Assembly (NCBI RefSeq): GCF_009914755.1
Contig: NC_060936.1
Strand: one strand, 5' to 3'
Length of the DNA stretch: 64,000 bases
Source: the human T2T-CHM13v2.0 reference genome, Homo sapiens
Below are positions 27,976 through 45,458 of this stretch, piece by piece. A model generated the notes under the pieces. That model saw only the letters and a program-made list of their open reading frames with translations, searched no databases and was not told the DNA's origin. The first letter of the stretch is position 1. Each line of letters begins with the position of its first letter. The translations under genes were made by a program, and so were the position numbers.

Positions 27976-30900
27976 TGCAGCTTCTTTCTAGTTTTTATCC
28001 TGGGATATTCCCTTTTTCACCATTGGGCTCAATGATCTCCCAAATATAGTCTTGTAGAATGGACAAAAACAGTGTTTCTAACCTGATGAATCCAAAGAAT
28101 GACTTAACTCTGTGAGATTAATGCACACATCACAAAGCAGTTTCTCAGAAGTCTCCTTTCTAGTTTTCATCTGAAGATGATTCCTTTTTCACCATAGGCC
28201 TCAATGCACTCCAAAATATCCGTTCACAGAGTCTACAAAAACAATATGTCCCAAAGATTTAACTCTGTGAGATAAATGCACCCATTACAAAGTGGTTCCT
28301 TAGATAGCTTCCCTCTAGTTTTTATCCTGGAATATTCACTTTTTCACCATTGGCCTCAATGAGATCCCAAATGTCAAGTCACAGAACAGAAAAAACCTTG
28401 TTTCCAAACTGCTAAATCCAAAGAAATGTTACACTCTGTGAGATGAATGTCCATACCACTAAGCAGTTTCTCAGAAAGCTTCATTCTACTTTTTATCTGA
28501 AGATGTTTCCTTTTACACCGTAGGCCTCAATGTGCTCTGAAATATCCCTTTGCAGATTCTACAAAAACAGTGTTTCCAATCTGCTGAAGGAAAAGAAAGT
28601 GTTAACCCTGTGAGATGAACACACACATCACAAAACGGTTTATCAGATAGCTTTATTCTAGTTTTTATCTTAGGGCATTTGTTTTTTTGTCCTTGACCTC
28701 AATGACCTCCCAAGAGTCCTTTTGCAGAATGAACAAAACTGTGTTTCCAAAATGGTGAACAAAAAGAAAGGCTTAACTCTGATATGAATGCACATATCAC
28801 AAAGCAGTTTCTCAGAAAGCTTCTTTCTAGTCTGAAGTTGTTTCCTTTTTCACTATAAGCCTCAGTGCACTAACAAATATCCCATTGCAGACTCTACAAA
28901 AACAGTGTTTCCAAACTACTGAGTAAAAAGAATTGTTTAACTCTATGAGATGAATGCACATATCACAAAGCGGTTTCTCAGATAGCTTCCTTGTAGTTTT
29001 TATTCTGGGATATTCCTTTTTTCGCAATTGGCCTCAATGAGCTCCCAAACACCCATTTGCAGAATGGACAAAAACTGTGTTTCTAAAGTGCTGAATACAG
29101 AGGAAGTTTTATCTCTGTGATAAGAGTGCACGCATCACAAAGCAGTTTCTCAGAAAGCTTCTTTCTAGTGTTTCTCTGAAGATGTTTCATTTTTCACCAT
29201 ACGCCTCATTGCGCTCCCAAATATCCCTTTGCAATTCTACAAAAACAGTGTTTCCAAACTGCTAAATGAAAAGAAAGTTTCAACTGTGCCAAGTGAATGC
29301 ACACATCACAAACCGGTTTCTCAGATACCTTCCTTGTAGTACTTATCTTGGGATATTTGCTTTTTGCCCTTGGCCTCAATGAGTTACCAAATGTCAATTC
29401 ATGGAATGGACAAAAAAAGTGTTCCCATACTACTGAATCCAAAGAAGGGTTTAACTCTGTGAGATGAAAGCTCACAACATAAAACAGTTTCTTAGAAAGC
29501 TTCTTTCTAATTATTATGTGAAGATATTTCCTTTTTCACCACAGGCCTCAAAGTGCTCCCCAATATCCATTTGCAGGTTCTACATAAACAGCGTTTTCAA
29601 TCTGCTGAATGACAAGAGTTTTAACTCTGTGAGACAAATGCACACATCACAAAGTGGTTTCTCAGATCACTTCCTTCTAGTTTTTATCCAGCAATATTCA
29701 CTTTTTCACCATTGGCTTCAATAAGCTCTCAAATGTCCATTCGAAAAATAGACCAAAAAAGTGCTTCCAAACTGCTGAATGAAAAGAAAAGTTTAACTCT
29801 GTGACATTAATGCGCACATCACAAAGGGTTTTCTCAGACAGCTTCCATCTAGTTATTATGCTAAGAGACTCATTTCTTCACCATTCATGTCAATGAGCTC
29901 CCAAATATCAGTTCACAGAATGTACAAAACCATCTTTACAAACTTCTGAATCAAAGAAATGTTTAACTCTTTTAGATGAATGCAGACATCACAAAGCAGT
30001 TTCTCAGAAAGCTTCTTTCTAGCTTTTATCTGAAAACATTTCCTTTTTCACCATAGACCTCAATGCGCTCCCAAATATTTCTTCACAGATTCTTTAAAAA
30101 CATTTTTTCCAAACTGCTGAGTGAAGAGAACTCTTTAGCTATGTGTGATGAATGCATACATCAAAAATCGGTATCTCAGATAGCCTCCTTCTAGTTTTTC
30201 TCATGCAATATTACCTTTATAACTATTGGCCTTGATGACTCTGAAATGTACATTCACATAAGCGAAAAAACAGTGTTTCCAAATTGCAGAATCAAAGGAA
30301 TGGTTTAAATCTGTTAGATGAATTCACATGTCACAAAGCAGTTTCTCAGAAATCTTCTTTCTTTTTCTTCTCTGAAGTTGTTTCCTTTTTCACCAAAGGC
30401 CTCAAAGCACTACCAAATTTCCCTTTGCAGATTCTACAAAAACAGTGTTTACAAACTGCTGAATTAAAAGAAAAGTTTAACTCTGTGACATGAATGCACA
30501 CATAACAAAGCGATTTCTCAGATAGCTTCCTTCTAGTTTTTCCTGGGATATTCTCTTTTTTGCCATTGTCCACAAAGAGCTCCAAAATGTCCATTTGCAG
30601 AATGGACAAAAACAGTGTTTTCAAACTGCTGAATCCAAAGAAAGTTTTCACTCTGGGACATGAGTGAAACATCACAAAGCACTTTCTCAGAAAGCTTCTT
30701 TTTAGTTATTGTCCTGGGATAATTCCTTTTTTGCCATTGGCCTCAATAAGCTCCCAAATGTCCATTCACAGAATGGACAAAAACAGTGTTTCCAAACTTC
30801 CAAACCTAAAGAAAGGTTTAACTCTGTGAGATGAATGCACACATCATAAAGCAGTTTCTTTGAAAGCTTCTTTGTAGTTTTTTTCTGAAGATATTTCCTT

Positions 30901-33100
30901 TTTCACCATAGGACTCAATGCAATCCAAAATATCCCTTTGAAGTTTCTATAAAAACTGTGTATCCAAACTGCTGAATGAAAATGAAGTTTTAACTGTGCG
31001 AGATGAACACACATATCAGAAACTGGTTTCTCAGACAGCTTCCTCCTGGTTCCTACCCTGGGATATTCCCTTTTTGCCTTTGGCCTCAATAAGCTCCCAA
31101 ATGTCCATTCACAGATTGGACAAAAAGAGTTTTTCCAACCTTCTGAATCCTAAGAAAGGTTTAACTCTGTGATATGAATGCACATATCACAAAGCAGTTT
31201 ATCAGAAAGATTCTTTCTTGTTTTTATCTGAAGATGTTTCCTTTTTCACCATAGACCTCAAGGCACTCCCAAATATCCCTTCACAGATTCTACAAAAACA
31301 GGGTTTCCAATCTTCTGAATGAAAACAGAAGTTTAACTTTGTGAGATGAATGCACACATCACAAAGTGGTTTCTCAGATTGCTTCCTTCTAGTTTTTACC
31401 CTGGGATATTCACTTTTTCACCACTGGCTGCAATGAGCTCCAAAATGTCCATTTGAAGAAGAGACAAAAACAGTGTTTCCAAACTGCTGAATGAAAAGAA
31501 AGGTTTGAATTGCTAGTTGAATGCACACATCACAAAGAGCTGTCTCAAGTAGCTTCCTTCTAGTTTTTTTCCTGGGGTATTCACTTTTTCACCTCTGGCC
31601 TCAATGAGCTCCCAAGTGTCCACTCATGGAATGGACAAAAACAGTGTTTCCAATCTGCTGAATCCAAAGAAAGTTTTAACTCTCTATGATGAATGCACAC
31701 ATCACAAAGCAGTTTCTCAGAAAGCTTCTTTCCAGTTTTTATCTGAAGATGCTTCCTTTTCACCATACGTCCCAATGTGCTCACAAATATCCCTTCGCAA
31801 TTCTACAAAAACAACATTTTCCAACTGCTGAATGAAAAGATTGTTTTAAGTCTGTGAAATGAATATACACATCGCAAACCAGTTTCTCAGATACCTTCCT
31901 TCTAGTATTTATCTTGGGATATTCACTTTTTCACCCTTGGCCTCAATGAGCTCCCAAATGTCTGTTCACGGAATGGACATAAACAGTGTTTCCAAACTGC
32001 TGAATCCAAAGAAAAGTTTAAGTCTGTGAGAAGAAACCACACATCATAACACAGTTTTTTAGAAAGCTTCTTGCTAGTTTTTATGTGAAGATATTTCCTT
32101 TTTCACCATAGGCCTCACAGCACTCCCAAATATCCCATTGCAGTTTATTCAAAAACAGTGTTTGCAATCTGCTGAATGAAAAGAGGTTTAACCCCTTGAG
32201 ATGAATGCACACATCACAAAGCAGTTTCTCAGATGGTTTCCTTCTAGTTTTTATCCTGGGTTATTCGCTTTTCACCATTGGCCTCAAAGAGTTCTGAAAT
32301 GTCCATTCACAGAATAGAAGAAAACAGTATTTTAAAACTGCTGAATGAAAAAGAAAGGTTTAACTCTGTGAGATGAAGGCACACATCAAAAAGTGGCTTC
32401 TCAGATAGCTTCCATCCAGTTATTACCCTCAGAAATTTGCTTTTTCACCATTGGCATCAATGAGATCCTAGATGTCAATATGCAAAATGTATAAAACCGT
32501 GTTTCCAAACTGCTGAACCAAAGAAAGGTTTAACTCTCTAAGGTGAATGCACACATCACAAAGCAGTTTCTCAGAAAGCTTCTTTCTGTTGTTTATCTAA
32601 AGATGTTTCCTTTTTCACTGTAGGCCTCAATTCACTCCCAAATATCCCTTCACAGAATTTACAAAAACAGTGTTTCCAATCTGCTGAATGAAAAGAGCAG
32701 TTTAACTCTGTGAGATGAATGTGCTTATCACAAAGCAGTTTCTCAGATAGCTTCCTTCTAGTGTTTATCCTCAGATATTTGCTTTTATGTTCTTGACCTC
32801 AATGAGCTGCCAAATGTCCTTTCACAGAATGAACAAAAACATTGTTTCCAATTTGTTGAATCCAAAGAAACGTTAAACTCTGGGAGATAAATGCACACCT
32901 CCCAAAGCACTTTTTCTGAAAGCTTCTTTCTAGTTTTTATCTGAAGATATTTCCATTTTCAATATAGGCCTCAATGCACTCCCACATATCCCTTTGCAGA
33001 TTCTACAAAAAGAGTGTATCCAAAGTGCTGCATGAAAAGAAAAGTTTAATTCCCTGAGAAGAATGTGCAAATCACAAAGCAGTTTCTCAGAAAGCTTCTT
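27976..33100. repeat. Alpha satellite, old irregular dimeric layer (possibly SF8 Oa/Na, H1H2)
   Basis: Loose alternation of GAAAGCTTCTTTC..TCTGAAGAT..ATCCCTT..GATTCTAC and GATAGCTTCCTTC..CCTGGGATATT..GTCCATT..GAATGGAC monomers. The suprachromosomal family name is inferred. Confidence 0.88.
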
Positions 33101-36100
33101 TCCAGTTTTTCTCTGAGGTTATTTCCTTTTTAACCATAGGCCTCAGTGAGCTCTGAAATATCCCTTCACAGATTCTACAATAACAGTGTTTCCAAACTTC
33201 TCTAGCAAAAGAAAGATCAACTCTGTGAGATGAATGAGCACATTGGAAAGCAGTTTATCTGAAAGATTCTTTGTAGTTTTTCTCTGAAGATGTTTCCTTT
33301 TTCACCTAAGCCTCAATGAACTCCCAAATATCCCTATGTAGATTCTATGAAAACAGTTTTTCCACACTGCTCAATCAAAAGAAAGTTTTATTTCTGTGAG
33401 ATAAATGAACACATCACATATCAGTTACTCAGAAAGCTTCTTTCTAGTTTTTTTCTGAAGACATTTCCTTTTCACCATAGGCCTCAGTGTGCTCCTAAAT
33501 ATCCTTTTGCAAATATAACAAAAAGAATTTATCCAAACTACTGCATCAAAAGAAAAGTTTAATTCCCTGAGATGAATGTGCACATCACAAAGCAGTTTGT
33601 CAGAAAATTTATTTCTAGCTTTTCTCTGAAGATATTTATTTTTTCACCATAGGCCGCAATGCACTCCTAAATATCCTTTCACAGATTCTACAAAAACAGT
33701 GTTTCCAAACTACTCAGTCAAAATGAAGATATAACTCTATGAGATGAATACACACATCACAAAGTTGTTTCTCAGAATGGTTACTTACAACTTTATCTGA
33801 AGATATTTCGTTTTTCATCATAGGCCTCAATACGTTCCCAAATATCCCTTAGCAGATTCTACAAAAACAGTGTTTCCAAACTGCACAATCAAAAGAAAGG
33901 CTTAACACTGGGAGGTGAATGCACTCATCACAAAGCAGTTGCTCAGAAAGCTTCTTTCTAGTTTTTATCTGAAGGTATTTCCTTTTTCACCATAGGCCTC
34001 AGGGTGCTTCCAAATATCCTTTTGAAGTTTCTACAATAACTGTGTTTCAAGTTGCTCAATCAAAAGACAGCTTAGCTTTGTGAGATGCACACAGCACAAA
34101 GCAGTGTCTAAGAAAGACTCTTTATAGTTTTTATCTGAAAATATTTCCTTTTTCACCATAGACCTCAATGTGCTCCCAAATATCCCTTTGCAGATTCTAC
34201 AAAAACAGTGTTTCCAAACTGCTCAATCGAAATAAAGCTTTAACTTGGTGAGATGAATCCAAACATCACAAAGCAGTTTCTCATAAAGATTCCATCTAGT
34301 TTTGATCTGAAGATATTCCCTTTTTGACCACTGGCCTCAATGCACCTCCCAAATATCCCTTTGCAGATTCAAGGAAAACAGTGCTTCCAAATTGCTCAGT
34401 CAAAAGAGTTTTAAATCTGTGAGATAAATGGACACATCATAAAGCAGTGTCTCAGAAACCTTCTTTCTAGCTTTTATCTGAAAATATTTCCATTTCACCA
34501 TAGGCCTCAATGTGCTCCCAAATATGCCTTTGCAGATTCTACAAAAACAGTCTTTCCAAACTGCACCATCAAAATAAAGGTTTTACTCTCTCAGATGAAG
34601 GCACCCGTCCATGAATTCGTTTCTCAGAAAACTTCTTTCAAGTTTTCTCTGAAGATATTTCCTTTTTCACCATAGGCCTCAATGCACTCCAAAAATATCT
34701 CTTTGAAGATTCTGCAAAAATAGTTTTTCCCATCTGTTCCATCAAAAGAAAGGTTTAACTCTGTGAGATGAGTGCACACACCACAAAGCAGTTTCTCTGA
34801 AAGCTTCTTTCTAGTTTTTCTCTGAGGATATTTCCTTTTTCACCGTAGGTCACAAAGCACTCTCAAATATCCTTTTGTAGAATCACCCAAAACTGTTCCA
34901 TCAAAAGAAAGGTTTAACTCTGTGAGATGAATGCACCCATTACAAAGCACTTTTTCAGAAAGCTTCTTTCTAGTTTTTATCTGATGATATTTACTTTTTC
35001 ACCTTGGAGTTCGTTGCACTCCCAAATATCCCTTCACTGATTCCACAGAAACAGTGTTTCCAATCTGCTCAACAAAAGAAATTTTAACTCTGTGAGATCA
35101 ATGCACCCATCACAAAGCAGTTTCTTGGAAAGTTTCTTTCTGGTTATTCTCTGAAAGTATTTCCTTTTAACCATAGGCATCAATGAGTTCCCAAATATCC
35201 CTTCATAGATTCTACAAAAACAGGGTTTCCAAACTCCTCAATGAAAAGAAAGCTTTAACTCTGTGAGATGAATGCACACATCACAAAGCAGTTTCTCAAA
35301 AAGATTCTTTCTAGAATTTCTCTGAAGATATTTCACTTTTCATGTAGGCCTGTAGGTGCACCCAAATATCCCTTTGCAGATTCTACAAAAACAGTATTTC
35401 CAAACTGCTCCATCAGCAGAAATATTTAACTTTGTGAGATGAATGCACAAATCCACAAAGCTGTTTCTCAGAAATCTTCTTCCTAGTTTTTCTCTGAAGA
35501 TATTTCCTTTTTCAACATAGGCCTGAGTGTGCTCCCAAATACCCCTTCATGGATTCTACAAAAACAGTGTTCCCAAATTGCACAACCAAAACAAAGGTTT
35601 GACTATCTGAGGTGACTGCAAACATCACAAAGCAGTTTTTCAGAATGTTTATTTCTAGTTTTTTTGTGAAGATATTTCCTTTTTCACTGTAGTTCTCAAA
35701 GTGCTCCAAAATATGCCTTCGCAGATTCTACAAAAATAGTATTCCCAAACTGCACCATAAAAAGAAAGGTTTATCTCTGTGAGATGAATGCACACACAAC
35801 AAAGCATTTTCTCAGAAAGCTTCATTCTAGTTTTTCTCTGAAGGTATTTCCTTTTTCACCATAGGCCTCAATGCTCTCCAAAATATCCCTTTTCAGTTTC
35901 TACAAAAACATTCTTTCCTAACTGCTCAATCAAAATAAATGTTTAAATCTGTGAAGTGCATGCACAAATCACAAAGCACTTTCTCAGAAATCTTCTTTCT
36001 AGTTTTTATCTGACGATATTTACTTTTTCACCATAGGCTTCAATGCACTCCAAAATATCCCTTTGCAGATCCTACAACTACAATATTTTCAAAAAGCTCA

Positions 36101-37540
36101 ATCAATAGAAAGGTTTACCTCTGTGAGGTGAATGGACTCATTGAAAAGAAGTTTCTCAGATAGCTTATTTCTTGTTTTCATCTGAAGATATATCCTTTTT
36201 CACCATAGGCTTCATTGTGCTCCAAAATAGCCCTTCGCAGACCCTAAAAAAGCAGTGTTTCCAAACTGCTACATCAAAAGAAATGTTTAACTCTGTGAGG
36301 TGAGTGTACCCATCAAAAAGCACTTTCTCAGGAAGCTTCTTTCTAGTACTTATCTGAAGATACTTCCTTTTTGACCATAGGCCTCAATGAGTTCCCAAGT
36401 ATCCCTTTGCACGTTCTACAAACTGTTTTCTTAAACTGCTGAATCAAAAGCAAGATTTAACTCTGTGAGATGAATTTACACATCACAAAGCAGTTTCTCA
36501 TAAACTTCTTTCTAGTTTTTCTCTGAAGATATTTCCTTTTTCCCCATAGACCTCAATGTGCAACAAAATGTCCTTTCGTGGATTCTACGCAAAACTGCTC
36601 CATTGAAAGAAAGGTTTAGCTATCTGAGATGAATGCACACATCCCAAAACTGTTTCTCACAAAGCTTCATTCTAGTTTTTATCTGAAGATATTTCCTTTC
36701 TCACCATAGGATCAATGTGCTCCCAAATATCCCTTCACAGACTCTACAAAAACAGTGTTTGCAAACTACTCCATCAAAAAAGAAGTTTAAGTCTGTGAGA
36801 TGAATGCACACATCATGAAGCAGTTTCTCAGAAACCTTCTTTCTAGTTTTTATCTGAAGCTATATCCTTTTTCACTGTAGGCCTCAATGCACTCCCAAAT
36901 ATCTCTTTACAGATTCTATAAAACCAATGTTCCCAAACTGCTCAAACAAAAGAAAAATTTATGTAGGTGAGATGAATGCACACATCACAAAGAAGTTTCT
37001 CAGAAAGCTCATTTCTAGTTTTTCTCTGAAGATATTTCCTTTTTCACCATAGACATCAAAGTGCTCCAAATATCCCTTTGCAGATTCTACAAAAACAGTG
37101 TTTCCTAACTGCTCAATCAAAAGAAAGCTTTAGCTCTTTGACCTGAAAGCAAACATCACAAAGCAGTTTCTCAGAAAGATTCTTACTAGTTTTTATCTGA
37201 AGATATTTCCTTTTTCACCATAGGCCTTAGTGCGCTCCCAAATATCCCTTCACAGATTCCACAAAAACGGTGTTCCCAAACTGCACAACAAAAAGAAAGG
37301 TTTGACTATCTGAGATGAATGCAAAAATCACAAAGCAGTTTTTCAGAATGCTTCTTTCTAGTTTCTGTGTGAAGATATTTCCTTTTTCGCTATAGGTCTC
37401 AAAGTGCTCCAAAATATGCCTTTGCAGATTCTACAAAAGCAGTGTTCCCTAGCTGCACCATAAATAGAAAGGTTTATTTCTGTGAGACGAATGCACACAC
37501 AACAAAGCATTTTCTCAGAAAGCTTCATTCTAGTTTTTCT
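33101..37540. repeat. Alpha satellite, monomeric layer B' (CTCAAT/CTCCAT, frequent TTTTCTCTGAAG)
   Basis: Second monomer type disappears and CTGCTCAAT/CTGCTCCAT dominate. Left boundary approximate. Confidence 0.92.
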
Positions 37541-39780
<2,240 letters not shown>

Positions 39781-42700
39781 TGTTTCCAAACTGCTGATTG
39801 AAAAGAAAGTTTTATCTGTGTGAGATGAATGCACACATCACAAGGTGGTTTCTCAGATAGCTTCCTTCTAGTTTTTTATCCTAGGATATTCACTTTTTTT
39901 TCATTGGCCTCAATGAGGTCTCAAATGTCCATATGCGGATTGGAAAAATAAAACTGTTTCCAAACTGCTGAAAAATAAGAAAGTTTTAAATCTGTGAGGT
40001 AAATGCACACATCACAAAGTAGTTTGTCAGAAAGCTTCTTTCTAGTTTTTGTCTGAGGGTATTTTCATTTTCACCATAGGCCTCAATGTGCTCCCAAATA
40101 TCCCTTCACACTTTCCACTAAATCAGTGACTCCAAACTGCTGAATCACATCAGAAGTTTAACTCTATGAGATGAATGTACACATCACAAAGCAGTTTCTC
40201 AGAAAACTTCTTTCTGCTTTTTATCTGAGGATATATTGTTTTTCTTCATGGTTCTCAATCCGCTCCCAAATATCACTTCGCAGATTCTATAAAAACAGTG
40301 ATTCCAAACTGCTCAATCAAAAAAAAGGTTTAACACTGTGAGATGAGTGCACACATCACAAAGTAGTTTCTCAGAAAGCTTTCTTCTAGTTTTTATCCTT
40401 GGATATTCCCTTTTTCACCATTGGCCTAAATGAGCTCCCAAATGTCCAGTGCTTCCAAACTGCTGAATCAAAAGGTATGTTGAACTAGGTGAGTTGAATG
40501 CATAAATCTCATAGGAGTTTCTCAGAAAGCTTCTTTCTAGTTTTTGTCTGAAGATATTTTGTTTTTCAACATAGGCCTCAATGTGCTCCCAAATATACCT
40601 TCGCAGCTTGTACAAAAACAGTGCTTCAAAACTGTAGAATGAAAAGAAATATTTAACTCTGGGAGAAGAATACAAACTTCTCAAAGTGATTTCTCAGACA
40701 GCTTCCTGCTAGTTTTTATCCTGGGATATTCGTTTTTTCACCACTGGCCTCAATGGGGTCCCAAATGTCCATTCACAGAATGGACAAAAACGATGTTTCA
40801 AAACTGTTGAATCAAAAGCAAGGTTTAACTGTGTGAGATGAATGAACACATCATGTAGCAGTTTCTCAGAAAGCTTCTGTCCACTTTTTATCTGAAGATA
40901 TATATTTTTTAACCATTGGGCTAAATGGGCTCCAAAATAACACTTTGCAGATTCTACAAAAACAGTATTCCAAACTGATGAATGAAAAGAAAGTTTGAAC
41001 TCTGCGAGATGAATGCAAATATCACAAAGTGGCTTCTCAGATAAATTCCATCTAGTTTTTATCATGGGATATTCTTCTTTTCGCTATTAGCCTCAATGAG
41101 TTCTCAAATGTCCATTTGCAGAATGGACAAAAACAGTGTTTCCAAACTGCTGAATCTAAAGAACGGTTGAATTCTGTGAGATGAATTCACACATCACAAA
41201 GCAGTTTCTGATATAGCTTCCTTCTAGGTTTTATCCTGGGATATTCCCTTTTTTGCCATTGGAATCAATGAGCTCCCAGATGTCCATTCGCTGAAAGAAC
41301 AAAAACAGTATTTCCTAACTGCTGAATGAAAAGAACGGTTTAACTCTGTGAGATTAATGCACACATCACAAAGCAGTTTCTCACAAAGCTTCTTTCTAGT
41401 TTGTATCGGAAGATTTTTTTTTCCTATAGGCCACAATACTCTCCCAAATATCCCTTTGCAGATTCTACAAAAGCAGTGTTACCAAACTGCTGAATGAAAA
41501 GAATGGTTTAACTCTGTGAGATGAATGCACACATCACAAAGCGGTTACCAGATAGCTTCCTTCTTGTTTTTATCCTGGGATATTTGCTTTTTCACCTTTG
41601 ACCTCAATGAACTCAAAAATGTGCATTCACAGAATGGACAAAAACAATGTTTCCAAACCGTTGAATCAAAAGAACGGTTTCACTCTGTGAGATGAATGCA
41701 CATATCACAAAAGAGTTTCTCAGAAAGCTTCTTTCAAGTTTTTATCTGAAGGTATTTTCTTTTTCTCCATAGGCCTCAATTTGCTCCCAAATATCCATTC
41801 ACAGATACTACAAAAACAATGTTTCCAAACTGTTGAAAGAAAAGAAAGTTTTAACTCTGCAAGATGAATGTGCACATGACAAAGTGGTTTCTCAGATAAT
41901 TTCCTTCTAGTTTTTATCCAGGGATATTTGTTTTTTCGCCACTGGCCTCAATGAGCTCCAAAATGTCCATTTGCAGAAGGGACAAAAACAGTGTTTCCAA
42001 ACTGCTGAGTCAAAAGAAAGGTTTATCTTTGTGAGATGAATGCACATATCACAAAGTGGTTTCTCAGAAAACTTCCTTATAGTTTTATCTGAAGAGAATT
42101 TCTTTTTCACCATAGGCCTAAAAAAGCTCCCAAATATCCCTTCACAGATTCTACAGAATCAGTGTTTCCATAGTGCTGAATAAATAGAAAGTTTTAACTC
42201 TGTGAGATGAATGCACACATCACAAAGCAATTTCTCAGAAAGCTTCTTTCTTATTTTTATCTGAAGATACTTAGTTTTTCATCATAGGCCTCAATGCTTT
42301 CCAAAATATCCTTTTGGAGATTCTACAAAGACAGTCTTTTCAAACTGCTGAAGGAAAAGAAAATTTAACCTCTGTGAGGTGAATGCAGACATCACAAACT
42401 ATTTCTCAGATTAATTCCTTCTAGTTTTTTTCCTGGGATATTTGCTTTTTGCCATTGGCCTCAATGATCTCCGAAATGTCCATTTGCAGAATGGACAAAA
42501 ACACTGTTTCCAAACTGCTGTGACAAAAGAAAGATTGAACTCAGTGAGATGAATGCACACATCACAAAGCACTTTCTCAGAAAGCTTCTTTCTAGTTTTT
42601 GTCTGAAGATATTTTGTTTTTCACCATAAGCCTCAATTTGATCCCAAATATCCCTTCTCAGATTCTAGAAAAACTGTTTCCAAACTGCTGAATGAAAAGA

Positions 42701-45458
42701 AATGTTTAACTCTGGGAGATGAATGCACACATCACAAAGCGGTTTCTGATATAGCTTCCTTCTAGTTTTTATCTATACTTTCTTTTTCACCATAGGCCTC
42801 AATTTGCTCCCAAATATCCCTTCACAGATTCTATAAAAACTGCGATTCCAAACCACTGAATGAAAAGAAAGATTTACCTCTGTGAGATCAATGCACATAT
42901 CACAAGGTGGTTTCTCAGATAGCTCTTTCAAAACAGCTGGATGAAAAGAAAGGTTTTACTCTTTGAAATTAATGCACACATCACAAAGTGGTTACTCAGG
43001 TAAATTCCTTTAAGTTTTAATCCCAGGATATTGTCTTCTTTGCCATTGCCCTCAATGAGCTCCAAAATATCCATTCACAGAATGGGCAAAAATAGTATTT
43101 CCAAACTGCTGAATGAAAAGAAAGTTTCACTCTGTGAAATGAATGCTCACATCACAAAACAGTTTCTCTGATAGCCTTCCTCAACTTTTTATCCCGGGAT
43201 ATTCACTTATTCACCATTGGCCTCAATGAGCACCCAGATGTCCATTTGCTGAATGGACAAAAAGAGTGCCTCCAAACTACTGAATCAAAAGAAAGGATTA
43301 ACTCTGAGAGGTGAATGCACACACCACAAAGAAGTTTCTCAGAAAGCTTCTTTCTAACTTTTATCTGAAGATATTTTGTTTTTCACCATAGCCCTCAATG
43401 GGGACATAAATATCCCTTAGCCACAATTCTACAAAACCAGTGTTTTCAAACTGCTGAATGAAAAGAATGGTTTAACTCTGAGAGATGAATGCACACATTA
43501 CAAAGCGGTTTCTGATATAGCTTCCTTTCAGTTTTTATCTGTATTTTCCTTTTCACCATAGGCCTCTATTCACTCGCGAATATCCCTTCACAGATTCTAC
43601 AAAAGTGTGTTTCAAAATTGCTGAATGAAATATCCCTTAGATTCTACAATATAGTTTTTCCAAACTGCTGAATAGAAAGAAAGATTTAAATCTGCTAGAT
43701 GAATGCACACGTTACAATGTGGTTTCTCAGATAGATACCTTCTAGTTTTTATCCTGGGATATTTTCTTTATCGCCATTGGCCTCAATGATCTCCCCAAAG
43801 TCCATTCGCAGAATATACAAAAACAGTGTTAACAAACTGCTGAATCAAAGGAAGTGTTTTACTCTGTGAGATGAATTCTCACATAACAAAGCAGTTTCTC
43901 AGAATTCTTCTTCCTAGTTTTTATTTGAAGATATTTTTTCTTCATAGGACCCAATGCATTCCCAAATATCCATTTGAGATACTATAAAGACAGTGATTGC
44001 AAACTGCTGAATGAAAAGAAATGTTTAACTCTGAGAGATGGATGCACATATCACAAAGTGGTTTCCCAGATAGCTTCCTGCTAGTTTTATCCTGTGATAT
44101 TCACTTTTTCGCCATTGGCCTCAATGAGCTCCCAAATATTCGCACACAGAATGGAAAAAAACAATGTTTCCAAAGTGCTGAATCAAAGGAAAGTTTTAAC
44201 TCAGTGAAATGAATGCACACATCACAAAGCAGTATGTCACAAAGCTTCTTTCTAGTTTTTATCTGAAGATATTTTCTATTTCACCATAGGCTTAAATGTG
44301 CTCCCAAATATCCCTTCAAAAACAGGGTTTCCAAACTGCTGAATGAAAAGAAAGTTTTAACTCAGTGAGATGAATGCACACATCACAAAGCAGTTTCCCC
44401 AGATAGCCTCCTTCTAGTTTTTTTCCTTGGATATTCACTTTTTCAATGTTGGCCTCAATGAGATCCCAAATATCCCTTTGCAGATGCTACAGAAACAGTG
44501 TTTCTAAACTGCTGAATGAAATAACTGTTTAACTCTGTGAATTGAATGCACACATCACAAAACGGTATCTCTGATAGCTTCCTTGTAGTTTTTATAGGTA
44601 GACATTTTCTATCTCACCATTGGACTCAATGTGCTCCCAAATATCCCTTCTCTGAATCTACAAATATAGTGTTTCCAAACCTCTAAATGAAAGGAAAGTT
44701 ACAAATCTGCAAAATGAATACACACATCACAAAACAGTTAATCAGATAGCTTCCTTTTAGATTTAATCTTGGGATACTTGCTTTTTTGCAATTGGTCTCA
44801 ATGAGATCCCAAATGTCCATTCACAGCACAGATAAAAACAGTGTTTCCAAACTGCTGAAACAAAAGAAAGGTTGAACTCTGTGAGATGTGTTCACACATC
44901 ACAAAGCATTTTCTCAGAAAGATTCTTTCTAGTTTTTATCTAAAGATGTTTTGTTTTTCACCATAGGCCTCTATGCTGTCCCCAATATCCCTTCACAGAT
45001 TCTACAAAAACAATTTTACCAAACTCCTGAGTGAAAAGAAAGGTTTAACTCCATGAGCTGAGTGCGCACATCACAAGTAGTTTCTCAGATAGCTTCCTTC
45101 TAGATTTTATCCTGGGATAGTCGCTTTTTCACCATTGGCATGAATGAACTCCCAAAAGTCCATTTGCCAATTCTACAAAAAAAGTGTTTTCAAACTGCTG
45201 AATGAAAAGAATGGTTTAACTCTGGGAGATGAATGCACACATTACAAAGCGGTTTCTGATATAGCTTCCCTCCAGTATTTATCTGTATTTTCCTTTTCAC
45301 CATAGGCCTCTATTCACTCCCAAATATCCCTTCACAGATTCTACAAAAGTGTGTTTAAAAATTGCTGAATGAAAGGAAAGGTTTAACTCTGCAAGATCAA
45401 TGCATATATCACAAAGCAGTTTCTCAGATAGCTGTTTCAAAAGAGCTGGATGAAAAGA
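39781..45458. repeat. Alpha satellite, old irregular dimeric layer
   Basis: Second monomer type returns at ~39850; CTGCTGAATG/C. Confidence 0.9.
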
